Source of the DNA: Takakia lepidozioides
Taxonomy: Eukaryota > Plantae > Bryophyta
Direction: 5' to 3'
DNA length: 64,000 nucleotides
Assembly: GCA_030704615.1 (NCBI GenBank)
Contig: CM060733.1
Location: forward strand, 74,214,001 to 74,278,000
Position numbers and translations under genes: made by a program. Below are positions 53,796 through 64,000 of this stretch, piece by piece. The stretch's first letter is position 1. Each line of letters opens with the position of its first letter. The notes below the pieces were generated by a model. That model searched no databases, had not been told where the DNA came from, and was given only the letters and a program-made list of their open reading frames with translations.

Positions 53796-54597
53796 TTATG
53801 TTGAGCTCTGGATTGTATAGTTCATCCCAAGTGCATTGCCTTTTCTCTTTCCTCCTGGCTAGCCTTCTGTCTCGCCTGTTCTTTTGCCCTCTCTTTTGCC
53901 CTCTCATGGGCTTTCTGTTTCTTACTAGGGCTAGCAGCAAGGGAGCCCTCCAGGACGACCACCTTTGATTGAGGAGAACTGACACCCTTGCGCGCACTGC
54001 TCACTCCCCCCTCCGCAGCCCGTGACGGCTCTCTCGCCGGGGATTGCATGTGTTTGGCTTTCTTCTTCTTCTTTGCGTGGGCGGGCCCTACTGCATGTGC
54101 ATCAACAACCTCCATTGCCGGATCTGCTGTCCTCACGTCCTCACGCCCTTCACCTGCCATGCCGCCTGCACCAACCTCCCCAATGCCTATTCTGTCGTAC
54201 TCTCGCTGCAGGTCCTCCCGTCCACCAACAAAAGGTTTTAGTTTGCCCTCCCGCCCCAAGTTGGGCGATCCAAACATGCGATGAGTTGGAGCTGTCGATG
54301 ATACCACCAGCGTGCCGGGCTCGTCGTCACTCTGTCATTCCCGAAAATTGTGAGAACCAACATCGGAATGAAAACCACCATCCGCCACGAGCAGCGCAAC
54401 CACCATCGCAACAATCGTGGAACAACAATGAAAACAAAACAAAACCAAGTATGGAGTGCCATGGAACAACAATGAAAACAAATCCAACCAATGCCTAAGA
54501 ATGACATGCACAAGCAGCCTTCTCCAGAGCTGCCGGCTTTGCACACGCATTGCAAACTATCTAAGGTTCACTCAACCAGTAACTTGCAGAAATCAAC

Positions 54598-57500
54598 ATG
54601 AAACACGATGAACAAATGAACACGAATTCCAGAAGACGGGAAAACAGGGTGAAATGTTTTGAAGGTACTTCATCTGCTCAGACAATCTTCTCAGCTCAGC
54701 ATGGATTTCCTCAATTCCGAGATGCAACCTGTTATCTACAGCGAGGTGTGCACCCTGTTCTGGCAAGCAATCTGAATGCAGCAACGACCTGGCTCCTTTC
54801 TAACCACTCTGACCTTGATCATTCTTCTCAACAACTCGTGCTTTTGCGATGCAACCATGCGCTTCCAGGGCTGCCAGGCGGAAGATGTGAAAACAAACTA
54901 AAAAAGGAGGAAAGGAAGGACTCAAACGGCGTTGTTGTCGAGAGTATTGTTGTGCTCCACGATGATTTCGGTGATGGCAGGGAATGGCGAGTTCCACCAT
55001 CGGACAACGTCATATATAGGGCGGTTGGGGACTTCATTTGCCCACCAAATGCACCTTCTATCCTGGCGCCTTCCACGAAACAATCCGCGAATCAGAGAGT
55101 GGGTACCTCAAAGAGAGAAGTCCGCAACGAAGTAAATCCAGAGCCCAACCCATCAATGAAGACGAGCGAGAACCGGGTTGTTCACAACCTGTCCGACTCC
55201 GACGAGGTCATGGAAGTTCCGAGATCGTCCTGGAGATCAGGCAAGTCCTCAATGGACGTCAGTGGACGAGGGAGTCATATTCCCAGCACGAGCACCGCAG
55301 TTCGATCCATTCTTGAAATTCTGCGAGGGCTTCACATGGATGGACACCGCTCGGAGCTGGCCGGGCTGGACTACAGCAAGTTCGCAATTAAATCGGTTAC
55401 ATGCCTTCCCGCAGACGTCAACGGTAATATCTTCTTTGAGTTCCCTCCTCGGACGGACTACTCGAGGGCGTCCGGAATGTTGACAGATATGGATAGAAAA
55501 CATGACGGTCATCCTTGGTGCGTCACCAAAACCACCAGCATGAAGATGCTCGATGGTGTGCGGGTGCGCTATGTTGTTTGTGCGGGCGCGTTGCGGTGTT
55601 TCTCCCCAACTTGCTTCCACTTTAAATCCAGAGGTCACAGGAACGAGACCGATTGGACAGGCACAGCTCATCAACCATTTCGAGCTCAGGAGAAGGTTCC
55701 GAACTCCACATTTAAGTGTGCGCATTGCAAAGAACCACCACACTGCATGTCTGTTTGTAATGCCAAGCAGTTCTATGTGTTGCACCGTTTCCCTGACCTC
55801 ACCCGAGCTTGCATACACGTTGGTTCCCATTGTCACAAATTGGCGAGGGGGAACTCGCGGGAGGCTGCCCACAAAGCAGAGCAGCTCGTTCAGGAGGAGG
55901 TTAAGTTGAGACCGGGTGCCAAACCCAAACAGATACAGCTCCAAGCCGCCCATAAGATGGCATTGGCCAAAATTATGTCGGAAGACGGCTCCGATAGAGT
56001 TCCTCTCGATGAGAAGGAAATGGAGGCATTGCTGGAGTCGGTGTCCCACGTATGTTCACCGAATGTCCGAAACCACATTGTCTCATGCAAACAGAAAATT
56101 GGGCGTGGCTCGGATATGCACTCCATTATGGAGGTGAAGCGACGATGTGGATATGACTACATTCATGGAAGTAGGTTTCCAGGACAAGGGACTGAGGCAG
56201 ATCGTTGTTTCGTATTCAAAATGTCCACGTGTGGACCTGGCAGCGGCGTCGAACTGGTCGACAAGATGACGAGTGGGGACTTGTCAAACAGTTGGGTCAT
56301 GTTCGACCATATCAAGCGAATTACAAATCACCAGTGGGTGACAATGGGTGCACATGTCTACGACACCCACTGCAGGATGCTAATGACAATTGCTATTTGT
56401 GAGATGAAAGGAGAGGACACACAATTGGAGATGCTTCTTTGGCAAAGAATAAACGAACAGATGGCCAAGGCAGGATTGCCCCCTCCCAATTTCCGTGGTT
56501 TCATGGCGGACAACGCACAAGCAAATTGGGCTGCCATCCGAAGGGTGTACGGGCAAGACCCCAATGTTCCCATGGAAGGCAAGGAGAGATCTTGTGGGTT
56601 CCATTTTCTGCAGAGCCTTTCGCAGTACACAACCAGGCTCGTGGCGCCAGATTTCAGAGAGGAGCACCGTTCCATGTGTCTTGCGTGGAAGCGTGCTCCC
56701 ACCTTGGATGATGCAGAGACACAGTTTGCAAGTATACGGGCTTGGTGGACATCGTCAGGTACTGTAAGGAAATCAGACGAGGGAGCAATGGTCAGTTGGC
56801 TAGCATGGTGGCATTATCGTTTCCTCCAGTTCGGCGACTATATGCGGGAGGTGAGTTGCACGACTTGGCGTCCCGTTGAATATTATTCTTGGCATTATTT
56901 GTAACTTGCTTGTAACCTCAACATGTGCTTGTGCAGGAAATGTGTCTCGACTCCGACACCGACATGCCCACGACAAACATGGCCGAATCAGTGCATTCTT
57001 CCTGGCGTGCCTCCTCTGCGGCGCATCTGGTGGACATCCTCACTGCCACAACGGAGGACATTGTGAGGTCAATTATGCAGCAATGCAGGTACAACGAGTT
57101 CTTGAAAGGGAAATAGTGGGGCTTGGGGCCGGACAGGCAGGAAATGCTGATGTGGACTGCCTCCAGATCAAAGAATCCTCGGAAGTGGGCGGCGGCCTTG
57201 CGAGAGGGCCTTCGGGACACGCCATTGATTCGAAGAGGCCAACATTTGGAAGGAGATGTTCATACCCGTCCAGTGAGACGAAGACTTGACGAGGCACCTG
57301 GCGGGGAAGAGGATTCATGGCGAGCTCACAAGAATATTCGCATGCTCCCTCGTGGTCCCGTGATGTTGCCCGAGGAGGTCTCGTCGAGCACCGCAAGTCC
57401 TGCACGTTCAAGATCGCCATCTCCTTTGAGCACAGGGCACGTGCCCGAGGAACATAACGAGCCATCTGTAGTAACGCAGTACAACATACCCATTGTGGAG

Positions 57501-58355
57501 ACAAGAGTGTCAGAGTCACAGTGGAGAATTGCAAGGACATTGCCGGCATTTCGAGGGAAGTGTTGCGCCATTCGGGTGGATACGAGAGCATGCTGTGGTG
57601 AGATGATTCGGAGGAACCCACACGGTGCTATACCTGCACCTTGTTTCAGCGGCAGATTTTTGACTCCCACATTTGCTCACGCCACAACGCAGACGTTTTG
57701 GTTCTGTAGGCACGACATAATGACCTGTGTATTTGGCAAACCCAAGTACGGGATTCAGGGAATGCCGGAGCCTCCGGGCGTCTGGCCTGTTGCACCGGGT
57801 TGCAGCCTCTCTCAGAATGAGGCGGATGCTCTATCTGCAGCATGATTTCGAATGGTGCAACGCACAGACGTCCCGGCCCACGCATTTCCAGTTCCTCAGA
57901 CCCAGCCATTACAGACTGCTCGGTCCAGTAGAGACGGATTGGACAATTCTGCACATCCCACAATGCGATTCGGAAGAGTGAAGAAACGACACCCTCCCAA
58001 CAAGTTGAATGAGACTCGGATTGTCAATGCTCTTGGGATGGCTTGCACTATTCAGAGCTCCGTGGACGTACCACCACCCGGCCTTGGGCGTGTTTATCGG
58101 ATGGCAACGGCCGGCTCGGCTGTACGCGATGATGTATACACAATTACGATTGGAGTGGAGCTGACTTGCAATTGTACGGACTTCTCGTTGATGAAAGCAA
58201 AGAAAGGTTCAAAGTATTATCCGTGCAAGCATCTGTATTACATTTACCTGAAGAGGTTGAGGATGAACGTGACTATTGATGACTTTATTCATGCACCGGC
58301 GTTGAGCGTGAACGAGCTACACAAACTCCTCCTTAGGGATTCTAGAAATCATTGA
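54598..58355 (+). pseudogene. C-lineage transposase, near full length: GCM-like + MULE DDE + SWIM
   Basis: 768-aa open frame with KHDGHPWC, CAGALRC, CAHC, WVMFDH, GFMADNAQAN, CGFHFLQSL. Intron 56851-56937 is at the same position as in A. TTNMAESVHS; CNCTDF..PCKHLYY; two in-frame stops (57114, 57843). Confidence 0.88.
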
Positions 58356-58499
58356 TGGGGCAAAGGGAATCCTCCATATGGATATTTTCAATTGCATTTT
58401 CATGTATCAGATTTTTTTTTGCAGTGTAATGAAATGCATCCCAAAACTCCTGGAATGAGACAATATTCCATTCAAACTGAGATCCAACAGAAACAGTTG

Positions 58500-59063
58500 T
58501 GGGGCCATTTCTGGAAAAATGGCGCCGAATTTCTCTATTTTGGGCCGAAAACTGGCTAAGTCCGAACATGCTCGGGAACGATGTCTGGAAAAATGGCGCC
58601 GAATTTCCAGTTACATGGCCCAGAACTGCCCAACATCTGTGCAATCCCCGGCACCATGTACCGAAATTCGGCGCCACATTTCCAAATTTTGGGCTTACAA
58701 ACCTGTCCTGTGGGGACCTATAGCCGCGGAATTCGGCACCATTTTTCGCCAGTGATACCTATTACCGCGAAATACGTCGCGGTTCTTTCTGGTTACGGAC
58801 CCTATTACCGCGAAATTCGGTGCCATTTTTGCACATGTCGCTGGGAATTGGCATGAGCGGAAGACGAAATATCATGAGCACAACTCTCAAAACTACAATT
58901 TTCCCTTCAAGGTGCCGAATAATATATTTGATTTTTCTGACACATTGCATTAAATTAATGTTTTTTAATGTTTTTTATTTTCGAAATTTGTACTTCTGCT
59001 CATGAAAACCGATTGTCTTGCTACTCCGCTCATGCCGCTCATGCTCATGAAATAGCTAACCTC
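58500..59063 (+). mobile_element. Right end of the C-lineage element: GAAAAATGGCGCCGAATTTC palindromes + TIR ...GCTCATGAAATAGCTAACCTC
   Basis: About 5 palindromes at 58513-58830; terminus matches 40790 and 52603. Confidence 0.8.
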
Positions 59064-59729
59064 CTGCTAGGGCAGTGTATGGAATGACATTAGGTACAAT
59101 TCCAGCTTTGATGATATCCCCATGCACCTCTTTACCCTTCTCTAGGGCTGCCAGGCCTACAATGCATACAAACATGATGTGGCTGGGCTGGACCCCTTCC
59201 CCCATCATTTGCTCATAGGTCTCCAAAGCCTCCATCCCACGTCCCTGATGTGCATACCCTGCAAGCATCGCACTCCACGACGCCACATCTCGTTCAGCCA
59301 TAGTGTTGAACACTCTCTTTGCATCCCCGATGCACCCACATTTTGCCTACATATCCACTAGGGTATTGTTCAAAATGACATTTGGTACAATTCCAGCTCT
59401 GAAGGTGTCACCATGGACCTCCTTCCCTTTTTCCAGAGCTGCCAGGGTAGTACAATTCCAGCTTTGATGATATCCCCATGCACCTCTTTGCCCTTCTCCA
59501 GGGCTGCCAGGCCTGCAATGCATACAAACATGATGTGGCCGGGCTGGACCCCTTCCCCCATCAGTTGCTCATAGGTCTCCAAAGCCTCCATCCCATGTCC
59601 CTGCTTTGCATACCCTGCAAGCATCGCACTCCACGACACCACATCTCGTTCAGCCATAGTGTTGAACACTCCCTTTGCATCCTCGATGCACCCACATTTT
59701 GCATACATGTCCACCAGGGTATTGTTCAA
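59064..59729 (-). pseudogene. PLS-class PPR fragments, inverted near-copies of 51020-51547
   Basis: Same motifs and the same internal deletion (FVCIAGLAALEKG). Confidence 0.85.
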
Positions 59730-62700
59730 GACACCACAAAGAGGCAGTAACACACCGGTTACACCATCGCGGACAAGAGCAGCCCCCGCAATTACCCATA
59801 CGGTGGAGAGTGGAGGAGAGGAAAGAACACCACAAAGAGCACGGATTGTGCAAGTTCGAGGTGAAGCCGGGGAGAGGGCAGTAGAGATGGGGAGAGTGCT
59901 CGAGGTGGTTTCGCCGGTGGTTGACCATGTTGAGGAGGACGACACCGAGCTTTCTGACCAGGATGACATCCTCCCGGACATCCCCAGGCCCCAAACCCGC
60001 AACATACAGGCTAGATTTGGCGGTCCTGGTGGGCTGCCGGAGAACCCCTCTGCAACAGACGTCATGTCGGAGGCGGATATGAAGTTGGCCGCTGCCAAGA
60101 TGTTGGAGGCAACCCACAGCAACATTGGCAGGGTGCTGGGGGGCATGGTGTACCCGGCCAAGCTTCGAATTCCCCTTTGCCACTTGGTGTCATTGCAGGT
60201 GGTGAGACCTACCCTCCTAGGCGATATCGACAAGCTGAAATTCTCTTTCCGGGATGGATATCGAATGGGGTCTGCCGCGTTTTATGTTTCCATTGAGAAC
60301 GACCACGGAGCTTCCCGTGCCCACACTTCCGATGAGGTGGACAAATGGGGTCCCCATTGGCAAAGGCGAAATGAGGAGTTCAAGAGATCGATTGCTACTG
60401 ATCCTCTTTTCCAGCACTTGTCCGGAAAGATGTTTTACGTGTGGGACGGCAATCATCGCCTCCTGGCATGGATGGAGCACATAGCCGAAGCCCACCCCAA
60501 CGACCTCGATTGGCATTTCACCGTGGAGTGTGTTGTGCTGAAGGTTGCGGGGCCCAAAGATCGCAGTCTTCTCAAAGCTGCAATGGCGGACATCAACTCG
60601 TAAGTTACAAGACCCAAAATTTGTAAGTCATTTCATTGCGAATCCTCATATTTGTTCAAAATTCCCATTTCAATATTGTTTGATGGAAATGTGGCATTGC
60701 AGGGTGACTGAGAATGCCTTCATTGCCACCAACTTGTCCCATATGCTCTTCCGAGTGAAGGATGTCGGGAAGCAGGGGGTGCAAGAGTTTGCCAATTCGC
60801 TCAGTGCCGACCTCCTGCGCAAGTCGGAGGCAAAGGCAGACAGAACCTGGTATAGGCTGAGCATGGACGACTACATATTTCGGGTAAAACTCCTGACTAT
60901 TTTGTTGAGCTAATCTGTCTCTCCTCCCCCAATAGAAGAAAAAGTGTTGAGCAGGATCTCTAATCTTATGTGCGCATTCTTGACAGACAAAAATTCAACA
61001 GGATTTGGCACATGCGCGGAGGTTCTACATGGAGTCAGAGGAGAAGAATCTAACCCTCCCGGCACTCGAATCGTATCTCAAAGCTGCGGAGGCCAGGGCC
61101 CGCATAAAGTACAAGTCGCGGATGGTAAAGTACGTCGCCATAGCTGATCCCGCCCTTGGTGCCGACTTTCTGGTGAAGGTGGGGAAGCACTACTCCCGCG
61201 CTCTGAAGCCCACGATGACATTGGAGAAGCTCCATCGTCTAGCCACATCCTGTGTGGATGCAACAGAAAAGGTGATACATTCTTAACCAAATTGTGGTGG
61301 CAACAACTCGTTTTTGTGGTGTTTGGCGCTTACGAATATGCTGGGTGGTTGGACAGACCCGGTGGCTCCAAATCTGGAATGGTTCCCAAAGTACAAGGGA
61401 CATGTGGATGAACCGCATGACATGGTGGTTTCAGGTACTTCCCCACGCTTCGTTTGGCGCTTCTACTCTTGTAGGGGGTGGATTCATTGTATTTTTTCAG
61501 GAAAGCGATCTGATGGAGAATCTCCACAGGTGACGACGAATGCGCAAGAGCAGCTGGACACACAAGCACATCAGTTCAAGATAGAGATTTCTCCTGCAGT
61601 AGAGAGCCTACGCGACTATGTGACGAGGTACTTTCTGCTGTACAAAACCGACCTATTCTTTCGGGAGATACCCCATGCCCGCCGGAGCCACGAGTTCACC
61701 GACCAACCGAACGCGGACAAAGCAGCAATGCGTCTTCTGTACAGGTACATACGCGATGCTTTCCTTTCAAGTCCTTGCATTTCAGGATGTTAGAGGCCTC
61801 ATGTGGCGCATAAAACTTGGTCCTTCGAAAAATGGCGCCGAATTTCCAGTCCAGGGCACCCAAAATGGCTAAGTCCCTAGAGTGGCAGGCACCGAAAACC
61901 GAAATTCGGCGCCATTTTTCCAGTTCAAGGCCCAGTCAGTTCTGGGACTTAGCCATTTTCGGGCCGAACCTGGGAAAATGGCGCCGAATTTCCAGTTCAG
62001 GGCTCCCAAAATGGCTAAGTCCCTAGGGTGGCTGGCACCAAAAACCGAAATTCGGCGCCATTTTTCCAATTCCAGGGCCAGTCAATTCAGGGACTTAGCC
62101 ATTTCCAGGCTGGACCTGGGAAAATGGCGCCGAATTTCCAGTTCAGGGCTCCCAAAATGACTAAGTCCCTAGGGTGGCTGGCACCGAAAACCGAAATTCG
62201 GCGCCATTTTTCCATTTCCAGGGCCAGTCAGTTCAGGGACTTAGCCATTTTCGGGCCGGACATGGGAAAATGGCGCCGAATTTCCAGTTCAGGGCTCCCA
62301 AAATGACTAAGTCCCTAGGGTGGCTGGCACCGAAAACCGAAATTCGGCGCCATTTTTCCAATTTCAGGGCCAGTCAGTTCAGGGACTTAGCCATTTTCGG
62401 CCCGGACCTGGGAAAATGGCTCCGAATTTCCAGTTCAGGGCTCCCAAAATGGCTGTCCCTAGCGTGGCTAGCACCAAAAACCGAAATTCGGCGCCATTTT
62501 TCCAGTTCTAGGCCCAGTCAGTTCCGCCCCAATCTGGGAAAATGGTGCCGATTTTCCAGTTCAGGGACCTCATTCTGTGTTTTTCATGAATGCAGGTACT
62601 GCAAGTTCTCCCTTTTGGAGAAAGGTCATCTGTCTTTTGAGCCACCATTCTTCCTGGCATGGAGGAACCCTGGGGCTGACTCCATGTACACTGATGTTAT

Positions 62701-64000
62701 TGTGAAGGAGTGGCATCTGGAACATTTGCGTGATTGCCCTTGGTATGTGGACCTTCTGCCCGGCTCGCTCGACCCATCCGAGTTTCAATTGAAGCTGGAT
62801 GCTGAGGCCTGACGAAACCGGGCTCCGCTGCCTCCGCTGGGTCCAAAAGAGGCAAAAGCGCTTGTGAACTCCAGGAAAGCGGCAGAGCTTGCTCAGGCAG
62901 GAATTCATGAGAAATTGAATGAGAAGAATAAAGGCCAAAGGAAAAGGACAAGGAAACAGGTGAGTACAGTAACACCCAAAAAACAGAAAACCATCGGGGC
63001 ATCGGAGGAGGCGCAGGAGGGGACCCAAGGGAGTGACTCGGACAACGACTTTGTTCAAGGTCCTACAACTGCTGCTGCTGCTACCAAGTCACCGGTCGTC
63101 CGGGTTCCCAAGTCAGTTCGGAGTGGGACTGGCTCTGCCAAGAAGTTGGCATTTGAGGGCGAGCCTACACGGCGGTATTCGGCGGTGACGTTTATGCACA
63201 GGCCAAAGCTAGAACCTCCAACCATCATCCAATGCGTTAATGAGAGCTTCCTTGACGCTCTCGCTGCTAGGGCGAAGAAGGTGGCACACAGCAAGTCTCT
63301 GGCGGAGCAGAAGGGGAAAGCCAAGAAGAGGGCTGCTGGTACAGAGCCTAAAGACACCCCTGGTTTTGAAGCCATGATGGAATTCTTCACAGCTGTGAGC
63401 ACGGATTGCAAGAGCACTCGGGGGGGGGGGGGGGGGGGGGTGAGGTGGAGAGAGCTTGCGATATGATTCTCCTCGACATTCCAGATGGGGAGCTGCTGGA
63501 GGGCCTGGATGGTGTGCCCAACTGGAACAGGTTTACTGAGGACTACTGGAAAGCTGGGTTTGGGCTGGCGGGGATGCTCCTGGATGACGGTGGATGTGTG
63601 GTTGTCCTTGCCACAAGAGGGAAGACCACAGAGAATGCGGTGGCAAGATGGAAACCGAAAAGTGTCACCCCGGTCCTCCTCAAAAAATGAATCTGCATCA
63701 ATACACAGGGGTTGCGAACAGAGGGCCAAAGTGTAAGTTATCAATCTATTGCATTCACCTCATATTGTGGTGTATATCTAAACTAGATCCCGGAGTTGAT
63801 CCCTCTTTTGTTGGATGTGCAGACATTGGTGTTTGAGGCATATTGCTTTGTGAAGAGAGGGTCTACGTTCGAATTCCGCAACGACGGTCGTCTTGTTGAT
63901 GCCGCTGTGGACCCTGTAACCTACGATGTCCTCTACAACTATGTGCCCCACTCCAGTATGCCGAAGGACACAAAGACAGGCAAACCGTGGCGGTACAGCC
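59730..64000 (+). pseudogene. C-lineage multi-exon ParB/Srx-like - DNA methyltransferase-like fusion gene (runs off the window)
   Basis: Exons at about 59730-60599 (FYVWDGNHRLLAW), 60703-60883, ~61000-61271, ~61530-61790 (FFRE..AMRLLY), 62596-63732 (WRNP..MYT..VKEW..DCPWYVD; DMILLDIPDG; LLDDGGCVVV) and 63823+ (FEAYC..YDVLYNY..GKPWR). Same order as in A. Confidence 0.75.
61827..62557. repeat. Intronic array: 146-bp tandem unit made of two inverted ~73-bp halves, each centred on GAAAATGGCGCCGAATTTC (11 copies)
   Basis: GGCGCC centres at 61834, 61908, 61980, 62054, 62126... with alternating 74/72 spacing; the repeated ORFs start exactly 146 bp apart. Confidence 0.92.

Noticed and set aside
52603-59063. 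Single intact transposon insertion
   Set aside because: Flanks TGTCTCAAG and CTGCTAGGG are not a TSD, and both ends are right-end types.
61817-62570. Repeated ORFs MAGTENRNSAPFF...
   Set aside because: Translation of the 146-bp intronic repeat.

Overview
Transposon-dense eukaryotic DNA, most likely from a non-seed land plant: it has spliceosomal introns, one intact DUF579 (GXM/IRX15-type) cell-wall gene, PLS-class PPR fragments and chromoviral Ty3/gypsy elements. The main signal is a family of large Mutator(MULE)-like DNA transposons present as several copies or fragments. Copy A (10380-27931, 17.55 kb) is complete, with short imperfect TIRs and a perfect 9-bp TSD (ATCAGCCAC). Copy B (32398-40790) is deleted or chimeric. 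A rearranged C-type cluster spans 51548-64000. The family combines three parts. (i) A transposase with a GCM-like Zn domain, a MULE DDE core and a SWIM finger. (ii) A multi-exon gene, divergently oriented in A, that fuses a ParB/Srx-like domain (VWDGNHRL) to a bacterial-type beta-class N6-A/N4-C DNA methyltransferase domain with an atypical DIPDG motif. (iii) Regularly spaced arrays of lineage-specific palindromes with periods of about 137, 53 and 72/74 bp; the 53-bp array has CRISPR-like repeat-spacer geometry. All copies here carry stops or frameshifts. Other elements include a piggyBac-like element, a Sola/DUF7869-like TIR element nested in A, CACTA remnants and nested gypsy retrotransposons. 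All domain calls are motif recognition by eye; no database search was run.
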